Assembly (NCBI RefSeq): GCF_964355755.1
Contig: NC_092673.1
Coordinates: forward strand, 25,541,648-25,605,647
Direction of reading: 5' to 3'
DNA length: 64,000 bases
Source: Antedon mediterranea
Lineage: Eukaryota > Animalia > Echinodermata
A model generated the notes under the pieces. It was given only the letters and a program-made list of their open reading frames with translations, was not told the origin of the DNA and searched no databases. The first letter of the stretch is position 1, and each line of letters starts with the position of its first letter. The position numbers were made by a program, and so were the translations under genes. Below, piece by piece: positions 53,053 to 64,000 of this stretch.

Positions 53053-53087
<35 letters not shown>

Positions 53088-53242
53088 TAACTTTATTCCA
53101 AAAAATGTAACAAAACACTTTATTTATTTATTAAAAATAGAGTTATTTTAGGTAGAAAAAAAAGTCTATCCAAACGTGAATAAACTACCTAACTAAACTT
53201 AAAGATCATCTGTGCGAAGATGTTGATAGTCAATTGTAACCT

Positions 53243-53825
53243 TAATCTTGCTACAATACCGAACCAACTTATTGCTATGTGAATGTCTAGGCCTTAATCT
53301 TGGTACAAACACCGAACCAACTTACCGCCATGTGAATGTCTAGTCCTTAATCTTGGTACAAACACCGAACCAACTTACCGCCATGTGAATGTTTAGTCAT
53401 TAATGTTGGTACAACCACCGAACCAACTTACCGCCATGTGAATGTTTAGTCATTAATGTTGGTACAAACACCGAACCAACGCACCGCCATGTGAATGTTT
53501 AGTCATTAATGTTGGTACAACCACCGAACCAACTTACCGCCATGTGAATGTTTAGTCATTAATGTTGGTACAAACACCGAACCAACGCACCGCCATGTGA
53601 ATGTTTAGTCATTAATGTTGGTACAAACACCGAACCAACGCACCGCCATGTGAATGTTTAGTCATTAATGTTGGTACAAACACCGAACCAACGCACCGCC
53701 ATGTGAATGTTTAGTCATTAATGTTGGTACAAACACCGAACCAACGCACCGCCATGTGAATGTCAAGTTCTTACTCTTGGTAGGCGTACAACACCAAAGC
53801 AACTAACCGCCATGTGAATGTCTAG
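53243..53825. repeat. Tandem repeat, 53-bp unit, ~11 copies
   Basis: Unit taatgttggtacaaacaccgaaccaac(tt/gc)accgccatgtgaatgtttagtcat; the edge copies are diverged. Confidence 0.97.
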
Positions 53826-56800
53826 GGTTACTGTATGTGGGGAATGGTGGTGTCTTTCAGTCCCCCATTCATTGTTTTAATTGTTGTTTTTTCTTATGCA
53901 AATATTCGTCTCGGCCAATCATACAAGTTCTACAATATGCATAATGTTTACTTCTTTTTATTGCTATTTATTGTACATCTATTGTCATTTAATGTCGGTT
54001 TGTTGTCGGAAATTGTGTCGATTAATAGTATAATCAATTTTATCATTTATGTTTCTCAAGGTCTGTCTACACTATCAAACTTTATGTGTCAAAATAATGT
54101 GCCTATATATGGACATGGTGATGTCATATCACTACCATATTTGGGCATAATTATCACTATAATATTTGGACACATCACACTTATTAGGATAACTTTTAAA
54201 GTCACACCAAGCACCATCAAAAACAATATTCGTTATCGTCATGTTCATCCGCTATTATTTTTTAAACGGAGGTTGATATAGGCTTACTAGGTAAATTGTA
54301 GTAAACAAGTTTTGCTAACAGATAGCACTTCACACAACGTTATATGTGAGGTTTAGTACAAACTTGACATTTTAATTTACTTTTTTTTCTTTTGCGTGTT
54401 TTAACCAGCAGACTTGTTTGTTAAGAGTATATATTATTTATAGAGATGTAAAAATATATCTGTATTGTAAACTATATAGCGTAGTGATAATTATCTGTCT
54501 AAGATGCATTCTTTGACATGTTTCGTCATCTCAATCCTACTTGGTGTGACTACTTTAAACAACTTGAAATTGATCTTCACACCATTCTAGCAACTCTAGT
54601 TTCTAAAAGTAGTGTGTTTTTCCAGACGTATCGATTTTAACGATTACGTATGAAAACAATTACTTATCGTCTATTGTGAAATGTTTTCCATACTTTTCTA
54701 TACAGCATTCATTTAATGTAGACTGTGCAGTGAACATTTTATGTGTTTTGGTGCTTTGGTGTTCCTTGAGCACAGAATTTAAAAGAATTTTAAAAGAAAA
54801 CAAATAATGTAGAGTATAGTGTAAAGCTATGTGTATAATTGTATGTCATAACAACACAAAATAGCTTTGTTCTTTCCGGCGATTTTGCTGTTTTAAAACA
54901 TTCAATGCAGTAATTGTTTCCCGTCTCGTATTATGTCACGTAGGCAGCACATTTTCTCGTCTATGGGTTAAGCATGATTCTATAATGCCATATCATATAT
55001 CACATAAGTATTAGAGCCTATAAGAAATTGTTTTTCCAATCATCATAATGTTTTAAATGGATTAAATGAACTATTACTTAATGTAACTTCTCAATCAATC
55101 TAAACAAAAAAACACAACAATTCAGAAGCTATTCGGAACCCATTGAAAAAAACAACAACTATGGAACGCCATTAACGAATCAGCAACGTTTTTTTTAGAT
55201 ATTGTAGCCTATGGTGTTGATGTGACGGAATACAATGCATGAACCAGCTGATCAGTTTTATATCATTAAGTTAATGCAATTTATACACAGTGATGTTTGT
55301 TTATGTGCTGGGTATTTCTATTTGCAGTGACAAAGTGTATTGACTTTATCTTTCAATCAAGTCATCAACATTCAGAACGGAAAATAATCACGAGTAAAAG
55401 ATATCATGTCGTTCATATTAAGACACTTGATTCTGTGATTGTCAATGATACGCGCGCACACGTGGCTCGTATAAAATTACGGTTGAACAGTCGGAAACGG
55501 ATGATAGTTGTTGTAAGGTAAAACAATAAGTTCATATACTTAGATCTAATGTTTCACCCTTCTGTAACAAAAAGGAAGACATTAACCTTTTTCGAAATTT
55601 AAATCGATGCCTCGGATGCGACCCCTCATGAAACGACACAAAACAAACATGAATATTCATTAGTTTTCTTGCAACTAAAATATATCTATTGTTTTGCATC
55701 AGCATATTTAAGGGTTCCAAAAAGGTGACTTTCTAAGAAACTGCTGTGCGTTGTATATATATATCTAAAAATACATCAACAAAAAAATCATCGGGATTCG
55801 AACTAATTCCTCCCTGAACAACGGAAATACTATTATTAGAATTTTTAAAATCTGAATTATATTAGATTTAAACAACAAAAAAAATATTACGAGACAGCTA
55901 AATGTATCACTTTTGTGTATATACATTTCAAATGCATCTTTTTGTGATCAGGAAAGTTGGGTCCACAAGTATCAGTTATGAAGGTTTTAAATTCAGACAC
56001 TGAATTAATAATATTAATGTTAATGACGTTTTTACGTTATTAAATTTGACAAAATCTCACAGGTGGGAACAAAATGACAACATGGATCGAAAGGTCACTC
56101 ATGCCTCTTGGCTTAGATAACAACACAGGTTGAAATAAGTTACAATAATAATTATCTATCTAATTACAGCAGAACTTTGGAACACCCCCAATCAGGGGAC
56201 ACTAATTTCCAAAGGAGGGAAAATACAGTATGTTTTACCACTTGAGTCAAGTCCTTTCTAAGAACGGCCTAATTCAGGAAATACTTTGCTGGGTCCCGAA
56301 GGTATCCTCTTAATGGGTTTCTCTGTTCTAGTCAAGGTTTTTTTAAAAGACATTTAGGGGTGTGGTCAGATAGAAATCTTTCGATTTAACCACAAATCAA
56401 ATGAGATGAGGTAGTCAGCCGCCATTCACATAATGTTGTTCATATTTGCTTTACCGCTATATGTACATCCTCCATTTTAAAGTTCAAACTTGCAATTTGC
56501 AAGCAAAGGTCTTGGCAATAGGCTTATCGTTAGAAAATATTGTACTTTTACTATAGAAAACCTATGGCAATTTAATCAATTGCCTTGTTGATAAGTAAAA
56601 AGTACAGTTTCTTACACTATAGGCGACTGGTAATTATTACAAGTTGTACCGTACATTAAGTCAAACAACGATTAATTAATCAAATCGACTAGTTACGAAT
56701 AGGATTATGATTTACCGTTACATTAAATTTTCATTCGTATTATTCAACGACTTGTTTTATTATGATGATGAGTAGCATTTCATTGAGTGGTGAACTTCGT

Positions 56801-57539
56801 AATTAGACGGTAATTACTGCTTTTATCCGAAGTATTGTGATAGTAGAGAAGTAAGTAAGAGATGTTTTTAACTTATTGTTCAGGCGTTAAATCACGAACA
56901 TGTATTTTTTTCCAAAGCAGAAAATTAAATGATGATAATTGACATCCAAACAAATGATGAACATAATTGTGATAGTATAATGTCCATTGTTCTGCCATCT
57001 AAATAATATAATGATAATACACCCTTTTTTCATGGGACATCAGAATTCAGGCAACACCCTTATTATAAGGAGACACTATTATGTTAGACGAACGAGGGAA
57101 TATATTTCTCAACCTCTATTGAAGGGACAATGTTTGACCCGTGTTGGGTCTCATATGTTCCTTCTTAATAGGGGTTCTACTGTTTAGGCCTATTAAAATA
57201 GTGCAGTATTAACAGAGAAGAGTGAAATTATACGAGTTCCTGGTATTAATTACCACGATAATAATATGTCCAACAATAATTATATAAAATACAATAATTA
57301 TGAAATATGACAAATATTCTGAGCTATAAAACTTTGATAGACTATGCATGTTACGGTAATATCCTAATTATATGCTAATTAATCACCGACTGACTTAATT
57401 GTAAAGTAATTGGAATTCATGATTTGTTTACGTATGTAGGATGACCATACACATTATAATGTGTTCACTTGAAACATAAAAAAACATGAAATAAAAACAC
57501 AAAAGTCGAAAATAATACAAAATCAGAATCTTCTCTTAC

Positions 57540-57673
57540 CTTGATTTTAAGAATCATGAAAAGAAATCAAAATGCGACATATGTGGTAGGTAACGTCTTA
57601 ATATTATAATACCTAGCGAAAGGTTCCAGACGAGGAGACTGCACTCAACGAGAATCAATAACATAATGATCGT
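57540..57673 (-). other. Candidate far-upstream non-coding exon (first or second exon of the receptor gene)
   Basis: Donor aatcaag|GTAAGA followed by a T-rich intron start. Acceptor tttCTAATaagtttttgatttctgcAG has a branch-like CTAAT. Another GTAAGT lies at 57864-57869. CpGs are locally frequent and an NRF1-like TGCGCATGCTCA sits at 57706. Confidence 0.4.
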
Positions 57674-58939
57674 CTGCAGAAATCAAAAACTTATTAGAAA
57701 CACAATGCGCATGCTCAAAAAATGTCGAATCGTCGCGCATTTCAATAATCCAACTCAAAAAAATGTTGTGAAGAAATTTAGCGTGTTCACAATTGCAGTG
57801 TGGCAGTCTATAATAGCGATATACATCGATAGACGTTAGCATTCTCCTTCTTCAACAAATTCGACTTACGTAAACAAAACATAGCCACAGGATAATATAG
57901 GTGTGAATTATGAATGTTTGGTAAAAAATAAAAGTACAACTAAAAGTTCATTGGTAAAACGTTTACCCTACTACCTCCTCGTAATCCTGTTGGAGCAGTG
58001 CCGTACCAGCTGCTACATTTGGGCTCAAATCTAACCTTTTAGCCATCAGTACATCAATCTCGGAGGTCTTAAACTTTATTCCACATTTAATTCGACTGAT
58101 AAATTAAATACAAAGGTAAATTTGTTCATATATAACAAGAATTGAAGAAATGATAATTACTTCATTATGGTGGAAGTGGTTGATATTCTTTTAAAAATGC
58201 GTATATTAGTTAGCTAATATCCTAGCTAAACTAAATGTGTTTCAGAAACTTTGCATATCCAACCTAACTTGATTTACTGATAGTGACGTTTACTTTTTGC
58301 CTCCCCTAAATAGAAAACACTATTATAACTTGACCGAGAAATCTAATCTCATGTATAACGTAAACAAATCCCTCTCTAACACCAACACATTTTCTAAACC
58401 CTGTACTATAAGACTTAACATATCGAACAACAACGAATAAGGTAAGTTAAACATGACATCACAGCTTATCAGACTTAAGTCATTTACCTTACAAATTACA
58501 TAAAGGATATATCGTATCACATTAGAGATTTAAACATATAGACTCTTGACACAGTCACTTGTATCATATCCAGACGCGTAATTAATACGGGCAAACGCAA
58601 TTAACGAGCCCGACCCTCTGGCTGATGGTCGGTTTGGCAATTCGTGTCGACAGTTAAATTGCTGTAGCATTATTTAGAAGAAGCTCTAGAAAGGAAATAA
58701 AAGGCTTTTTGACAATCAAATGAAACTCGTGTGTCAAAAGATGCCACTTCCTTAGATCATTTTATTTAAATATAAGTAAGTTAATCTCAAAGTTTCATTG
58801 AACATAAACTGGCCATTCACCGAAGAACTTCGGGATAGTAGAAAAATATTAATATGCGCATGCGTATAAGCCTAGTATACGCCGTTACGTTCCCTACTTG
58901 AAACAAAAGTATCGACAACATTGATAGGCCTACTATAGG

Positions 58940-58977
58940 CAGGGAGTTGTAAAATAATAATATTTTACAACTCCCTG
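58940..58977. mobile_element. 38-bp TIR-only mini-element (P-element-like termini)
   Basis: CAGGGAGTTGTAAAATA-ataa-TATTTTACAACTCCCTG, flanked by ctatagg / ctgtagg (7-bp TSD with one mismatch). Confidence 0.6.
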
Positions 58978-58994
58978 CTGTAGGCTAACATGAT

Positions 58995-60585
58995 TATTAC
59001 CTCCGCCAAGGAGGTTATGTTTTCACCCCTGTATGTTTGGGTGTGTGTGTTTGTGTGTGTGTCTGTGAACAGCCTGGAGGCTACAGTTTTTATCCGATTC
59101 TTACCAAATTTGGCCACAATGATATATGCCCCAAAAGCTTGAAAAAGTTCGATTGTGAGGGGAAAAGGTCATATGTCAAGGTCACAACTAACAAAAAACT
59201 ATTTTACTGCCTAGAGACCACAGTTTTTATCCGATTCTCACCAAACTTAGCCACAATGATCAATGACTCATCATATAATTGTGTTTAAATTTTGAAGGGT
59301 CAGGGTCAAAGATCAAGGTCCACCAAACACCAAAAAAACCAAAAAAACTCAACGGGACTTGAACCAGCGATCTCAACTGTGAGAGGCTGAATACATAACC
59401 ATTACACAAAACTCTCATTCACAACTCTGTAGTGCGTAGTTAGCCTATTTACACTTGTTTTCAAAGTGAACTTACTATGTAATAATTACTCACGTCGCAT
59501 TCTATTTTTATATTTTGCAATTATAGCTAGAATATCTTTCCATTTTCATCAACAATATTCCACCATAATCAATGTTGCCATTATATAAAATCTTGATTTG
59601 TTTCTATGTTTAACATAATAAATTCTCTTCATTGTCATCATCACTATCATCATCATCATTATCATCATCATCAACAACAAAATATACCCACCTCTCTCTA
59701 AAATTCAGAATAGTTTGGTTTTTTTTTTTCATTTTCTAAATTATTATTACAATAAAATACATTCAATAAAAAAAACCAAACTAGTACGGTATAAGCAAAG
59801 GTTATGATTGCTGTAGTATTCCTCTAGCTATTAGTGAATTGGCGAAACAATTGAGGAGTTTTTACTGTCAAATTGATAGCAATTCCCTTGCTTATCTATA
59901 TGAGATTTTTCCACAATTTTAGCACAATCATCATTCATTACATCGCGCCTGATACACTCTCGTATACTCTCTATTTCCATAGCTTTAAACATTTTACGTG
60001 TTCTATAAATATGACCATTTTCCCAAACCGAGAGGTAATAAAAAATGACCATAATGATAAATAATACAGTTGAATTTATCGTAAAAATACAAATGTGGTT
60101 TTCTTTTCAATGTTCTACATGACATCCAAATGGGTAAATATTTATAGCAAAAGCTGAATTTCTCTACAAATTTCCAAATTTGGAGAAAATGTTTACAGAA
60201 TTTTATTTAAAAGAGGCTTATACCAAAATTTGAAGAACACATTTCAGAATCGTATTTATTAATCGCAGGCCAACTTAACAAATAAAAACAAACTAGTTTA
60301 TTTGAATTGAACCGACCCAACACATCAAATGTATATGCTAAACATGACATGATATCACAAAATATTTCAAACTAACTTTGATGTGTACCATCATTAATTC
60401 AATTTCAATGACTCGTTCTAATGTAAAGTCAATGTGAATGTCATGGCCGGCGGTAACGTCATGACTATATAGGAACGTGCACATCAACCATCCAATGAAA
60501 GAATCATTCAGCGTGACTTCATAGAACATGTAATAAAATGAAATTGTTCACTGTTGGCAGAGATGAATACTTTTAGAGAATACAA
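58995..60585 (+). mobile_element. Helentron-associated (HINE/DINE-1-like) element
   Basis: Starts ttattACCTCCGCCAAGGAGGTtatgttttcacc, then (GT)n and internal repeats with caaggtca. A decayed partner sub-TIR TTGGCAGAGAT lies near 60555; the right end is approximate. Confidence 0.6.
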
Positions 60586-60830
60586 AAGAAAGCCGCGCCA
60601 TAATTGAATGTAGACTCTGTCCCTTGTGCTTTAACTGTATTTATCATCTGTTTGATTTATTATATATAATGTTATATTTCAAACCTGTTAATGTATTTGT
60701 ATGTTTTTTTTATTCCATCACTGTTATTAATATATTTTCTTTTGCTGATTCATATTATTGTATCTATAATTTCTCCAATATCATATGCAAATACAGTGTA
60801 TCACATTTGACGCCTGCATCACAAGCTTTA

Positions 60831-60971
60831 AGCTTGGTTCCCACTAGTGACGTAACTTAACGCAAACGACGCAACGTAAGAAAATGCCCTTCCAATAATT
60901 GTGTTTGCCCCCGCCTGCGTAAAATCAAACCTGCGATATTTGCAGCACGGTTGTGTCGTCGATTCCCACTT
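60831..60971. mobile_element. Left part of a family B MITE, interrupted by the Academ-like element
   Basis: TTA|AGCTTGGTTCCCACTAG...ttcccactt, breaking where other copies continue gtgattacgcaatac. Confidence 0.85.
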
Positions 60972-63900
60972 TAGTACAGGAAAACTATGAAATATGGTTG
61001 AAAAAATTGCAACAGAATTTATTTCACCACAATGCATTTCTATAAGGTCCCTATATGAACATATTAAAAGTCTAGAAAAATCCAGGTAGGGGAAATAGGT
61101 TTTTTTAAACAAAATGGACGCCAATGTCGAAAATGCCTAAAAAAGGACAAAAAAAACATAAATAGTAGATCTAATTCAATTTAATAATCCACTTTATAGC
61201 GGTTTTTACAATGATTTTTATATTTCTTTACAGTTTCGAAGATCTGAACTACAATATACACATTATTTTAAGTGCTGTTAATTAGAAAATGGCCGCAAAA
61301 CAAATGTTTAAGTATCTAGATATATCCCTATTGTTATAATATATAAAACGCAGTCCTTCCTATGCTTAATGCATAGGATTACGGTGTCTAATAATAAATC
61401 AGTTTACATTTGTACTGTTATAACAATATATTACAACATTGGTGGTACCAGTGGGGAGGGGTATAGGGATGGGAGATCATATGGGAAGGGTGAGGGAGTC
61501 TGTCCGGCCCCCCATCCCCTCTCCCCAATTGGCTATTTTCGGGAGTATATGTAGACAATATGATGATAATTCCTAATATAAAACAATACCCCATTGAGTG
61601 CTGTTTCAAGGATTTTCATTTTTAAAAGTGACTAAAACTACCCTTTACTGGTATAATATTGTTGGAACTTCTGGGTGCGCTCCCATTGATGGCCCAGCCA
61701 GTTGATGCTAGCTGCACTCTCCCCCCCCCCCCCCAGCAAAATCCTTGCGCCATCACTGGACTACAATAATAGAATAAACTCCCCCATAAGACATCATTTT
61801 GAATAACCTACACCAGCGCACCCCCTCCCCTGCCCTCATCGGACATCATTTTGAATTTATTTCGTCGAATGTACGACTCTCCACATTCATATTATACATA
61901 ATATTGTGTTATCTCTATTTGTAATAGAATTCACTGAATGACATGATGGTGTTGTATTTGTTCATATCTAAAGGGTGTATTTATTTGATTAATACATGTT
62001 ACCACATTACACCCACAAAAATAAACGCCTCTCCGAATAAACTCCTCACGACGATTACACGCCCCCACTACCCCAACCACCAAGGGCATTTATTCAAATA
62101 AATGCGGTAATTTCACTTTCATCTTGTCAGTATCTCATCCTCCATCTATTTGTGGGGAATTGAGCATGTGCTGATGCCGTGGCATTCTTAAAAAATAGTG
62201 GAGCAGCAGTCCAACCCATATTTTCTGCAACTGCAATTCATTTAACTACAACCTTATTTACAGGTATATCTAATCAACTTTAATAGTTTGAAGAGTATTT
62301 CCTATCCACTGCTATACCTGGTAATAAAGACTCACGAAATAACATTTTGCAGCAAGGGAATAGATTTGCTTTTTGCAATTTTCTCAAAAAAAAGTAGGCT
62401 GTCTAAAGTCTCCATTGACTTCCCTCCATATAGAGCTACCAATGCCAAATTCCTGATGCAATGTTTTCTTTTTTTTTGGAAACTGTTTGGTTTACAAAAT
62501 TTGACATACAACTCCAACTGTGATGATTTTCCAGCTTTTCCTAAACCAAATTTACTTACGGCCCATAATTATATAAAAACACAAGAGTTTACTTTGCTTT
62601 CACATAACGTAACAAACATACATGGTACATAATAAATGTCTTGAAATGTTGCTGTTTCGGGCCAAGAGGTTTGATGTAGCAGTGCTCCCCCATTGATAAC
62701 ATACAGTGGGCAGTGAGATGAATGTTTCTGAGTAGTCTAGCAGTGTGTATGGAGTCGATGGAGTAAAAGAGGGCTGCAGGAAAAGTACAAGGTTATTTTT
62801 GAACAAATGATGCATTGTGTATGACTGTCTCACATAGCCATCAATGATGAAATAGTATATGTGAGGGAATGTGCACTGCTTCTCTATTGATAAAAATGGT
62901 TGATTTTGACCCATGTGTAATAATATATGTTCTTTCCTCTTAAATTAATATTCTGTCACGGTTGCTTCATTCATTGATTTAATACTGTATGTTCTCGATG
63001 GGGGAGCACTGTGAATGCATGTAAAGTCTTTCCTTGGTGTGAACATCTGTAAAAATTAATTTGCTTTTTATACATGTAATCCAGGGATGTGATGCTACAT
63101 CCCATCTATTTGGTAAAAAAAAAGGTGTTAATCTTAAAAAGTCATAACACCTGGGCAGTAGTATGCTTACAAACTCTGTAAAACCAAACGTCTTCAAAAA
63201 AAAGATTCCATCGCCTCAGAGAAATTGGCATTGGTAGCGCTATGGAGGAATACGTTCTGGGAGAAAGTAGCAAAAAGCAAAACAGCACTTGAAATAAAGT
63301 CTATTCCCCCCAACAACAAATGCTGCAAAATGTCATTCCCTGCGTGTATATTACCATGGTACAGCAGTGGATAGAAAATACTCTTCAACCCACAGACTGG
63401 GGGATGGAAAGTTACAAATGGCGTGATGTGTCCATTGATGACAAATTTACCACCAGTTACCACTGTTTGTGACGAATACCACGGCATCATCAGCACATGC
63501 TTAATTCCTACCTATAGACAGAGGATGATAACTGGACAATGAAAATGAATGGATTAATAGATTGTAAGATTGTATAATTCTATTGTAAATGAACTGTTTT
63601 ATTAGACACCGTTAGTCCTGCATTATAATGCATAGGACTACGTTGTCTATTATTATAACCGTGGTGATTGATATCTTGATACTTAAATTTGTGTTTTTGC
63701 TGCTAAATAGCACTTAAATTAATATGTATATTGCAGTTTAAATGTTTGACACTAAAGAAATATAAAAAGCATTATAAAAACTGCTATCAAGTGGTAATTA
63801 GATATACAATATATGTTTTTTGTTCATTTTTAGACATTTTTCCCCATTGGCGGCCATTTTGTTTAAAAAAACCTATTTCCCCTACCTGGATTTTTCTAGA

Positions 63901-64000
63901 CTTTTAGTATGTTCATATAGGGACCTTATAGAAATGCATTGTGGTGAAAAAAATTCTGTTGCAATTTTTTCAACCTTTTACTGATTCTGAGCATATCTTT
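60972..64000. mobile_element. ~3-kb foldback Academ(X)-like non-autonomous transposon with transposase remnants on both strands
   Basis: Starts TAG. Near-identical long inverted repeats at ~60996-61160 and ~63812-63975. Minus-strand remnants: CTFPAALF (~62766-62789), YVINGGALLHQTSWPETATFQDI (62635-62703) and LALVALYGGKSMETLDSL (in ORF 62332-62517). Plus-strand frameshifted remnant: KVAKSKTALEIKSIPPTTNAAKCHSLRVYY-VQQWIENTLQPTDWGWKVTNGVMCPLMTNLPP (~63255-63455). Confidence 0.8.
61437..61758. mobile_element. hAT-like MITE nested in the left arm of the Academ-like element
   Basis: Ends cattggtggtaccag / cttgcgccatcactg; 8-bp flanks tattacaa / gactacaa (6/8 match); absent from the mirror arm. Confidence 0.55.

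Noticed and set aside
53243-53825. CRISPR-like regular array (also 1833-2267 and 20187-20480)
   Set aside because: The units are contiguous with no unique spacers, there are no cas genes, and the context is eukaryotic.
59350-59410. tRNA gene on the minus strand
   Set aside because: Only A/B-box-like remnants inside the Helentron-like element; I could not form a cloverleaf.

Overview
AT-rich eukaryotic DNA (roughly one-third GC by eye), most likely from a marine invertebrate; deuterostome origin is inferred from the receptor sequence. The only well-supported protein-coding sequence is missing from the supplied ORF track because it runs off the left edge. It is the first 209 codons (N-terminus to TM4) of a D1-like dopamine receptor on the minus strand (ATG at 628). 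An in-frame stop lies just upstream, so the remaining ~63 kb reads as 5'-UTR introns and upstream DNA, with several candidate short non-coding exons out to ~57.7 kb. The rest is dense with repeats: Harbinger-like MITEs that are repeatedly interrupted by other elements, a four-layer nested insertion, SINEs, LINE 3' ends, Helentron-like elements, an LTR remnant, minisatellites, and a ~3 kb foldback Academ-like element made of two transposase 3' halves. Notable signals are strong enrichment of the palindrome TAGGCCTA and other TA-nnn-TA motifs, and a cluster of perfect CRE sites. I found no CRISPR array, rRNA or intact tRNA, and no evidence of a new multi-gene system. Repeat-family names come from recalled signatures, not database searches.
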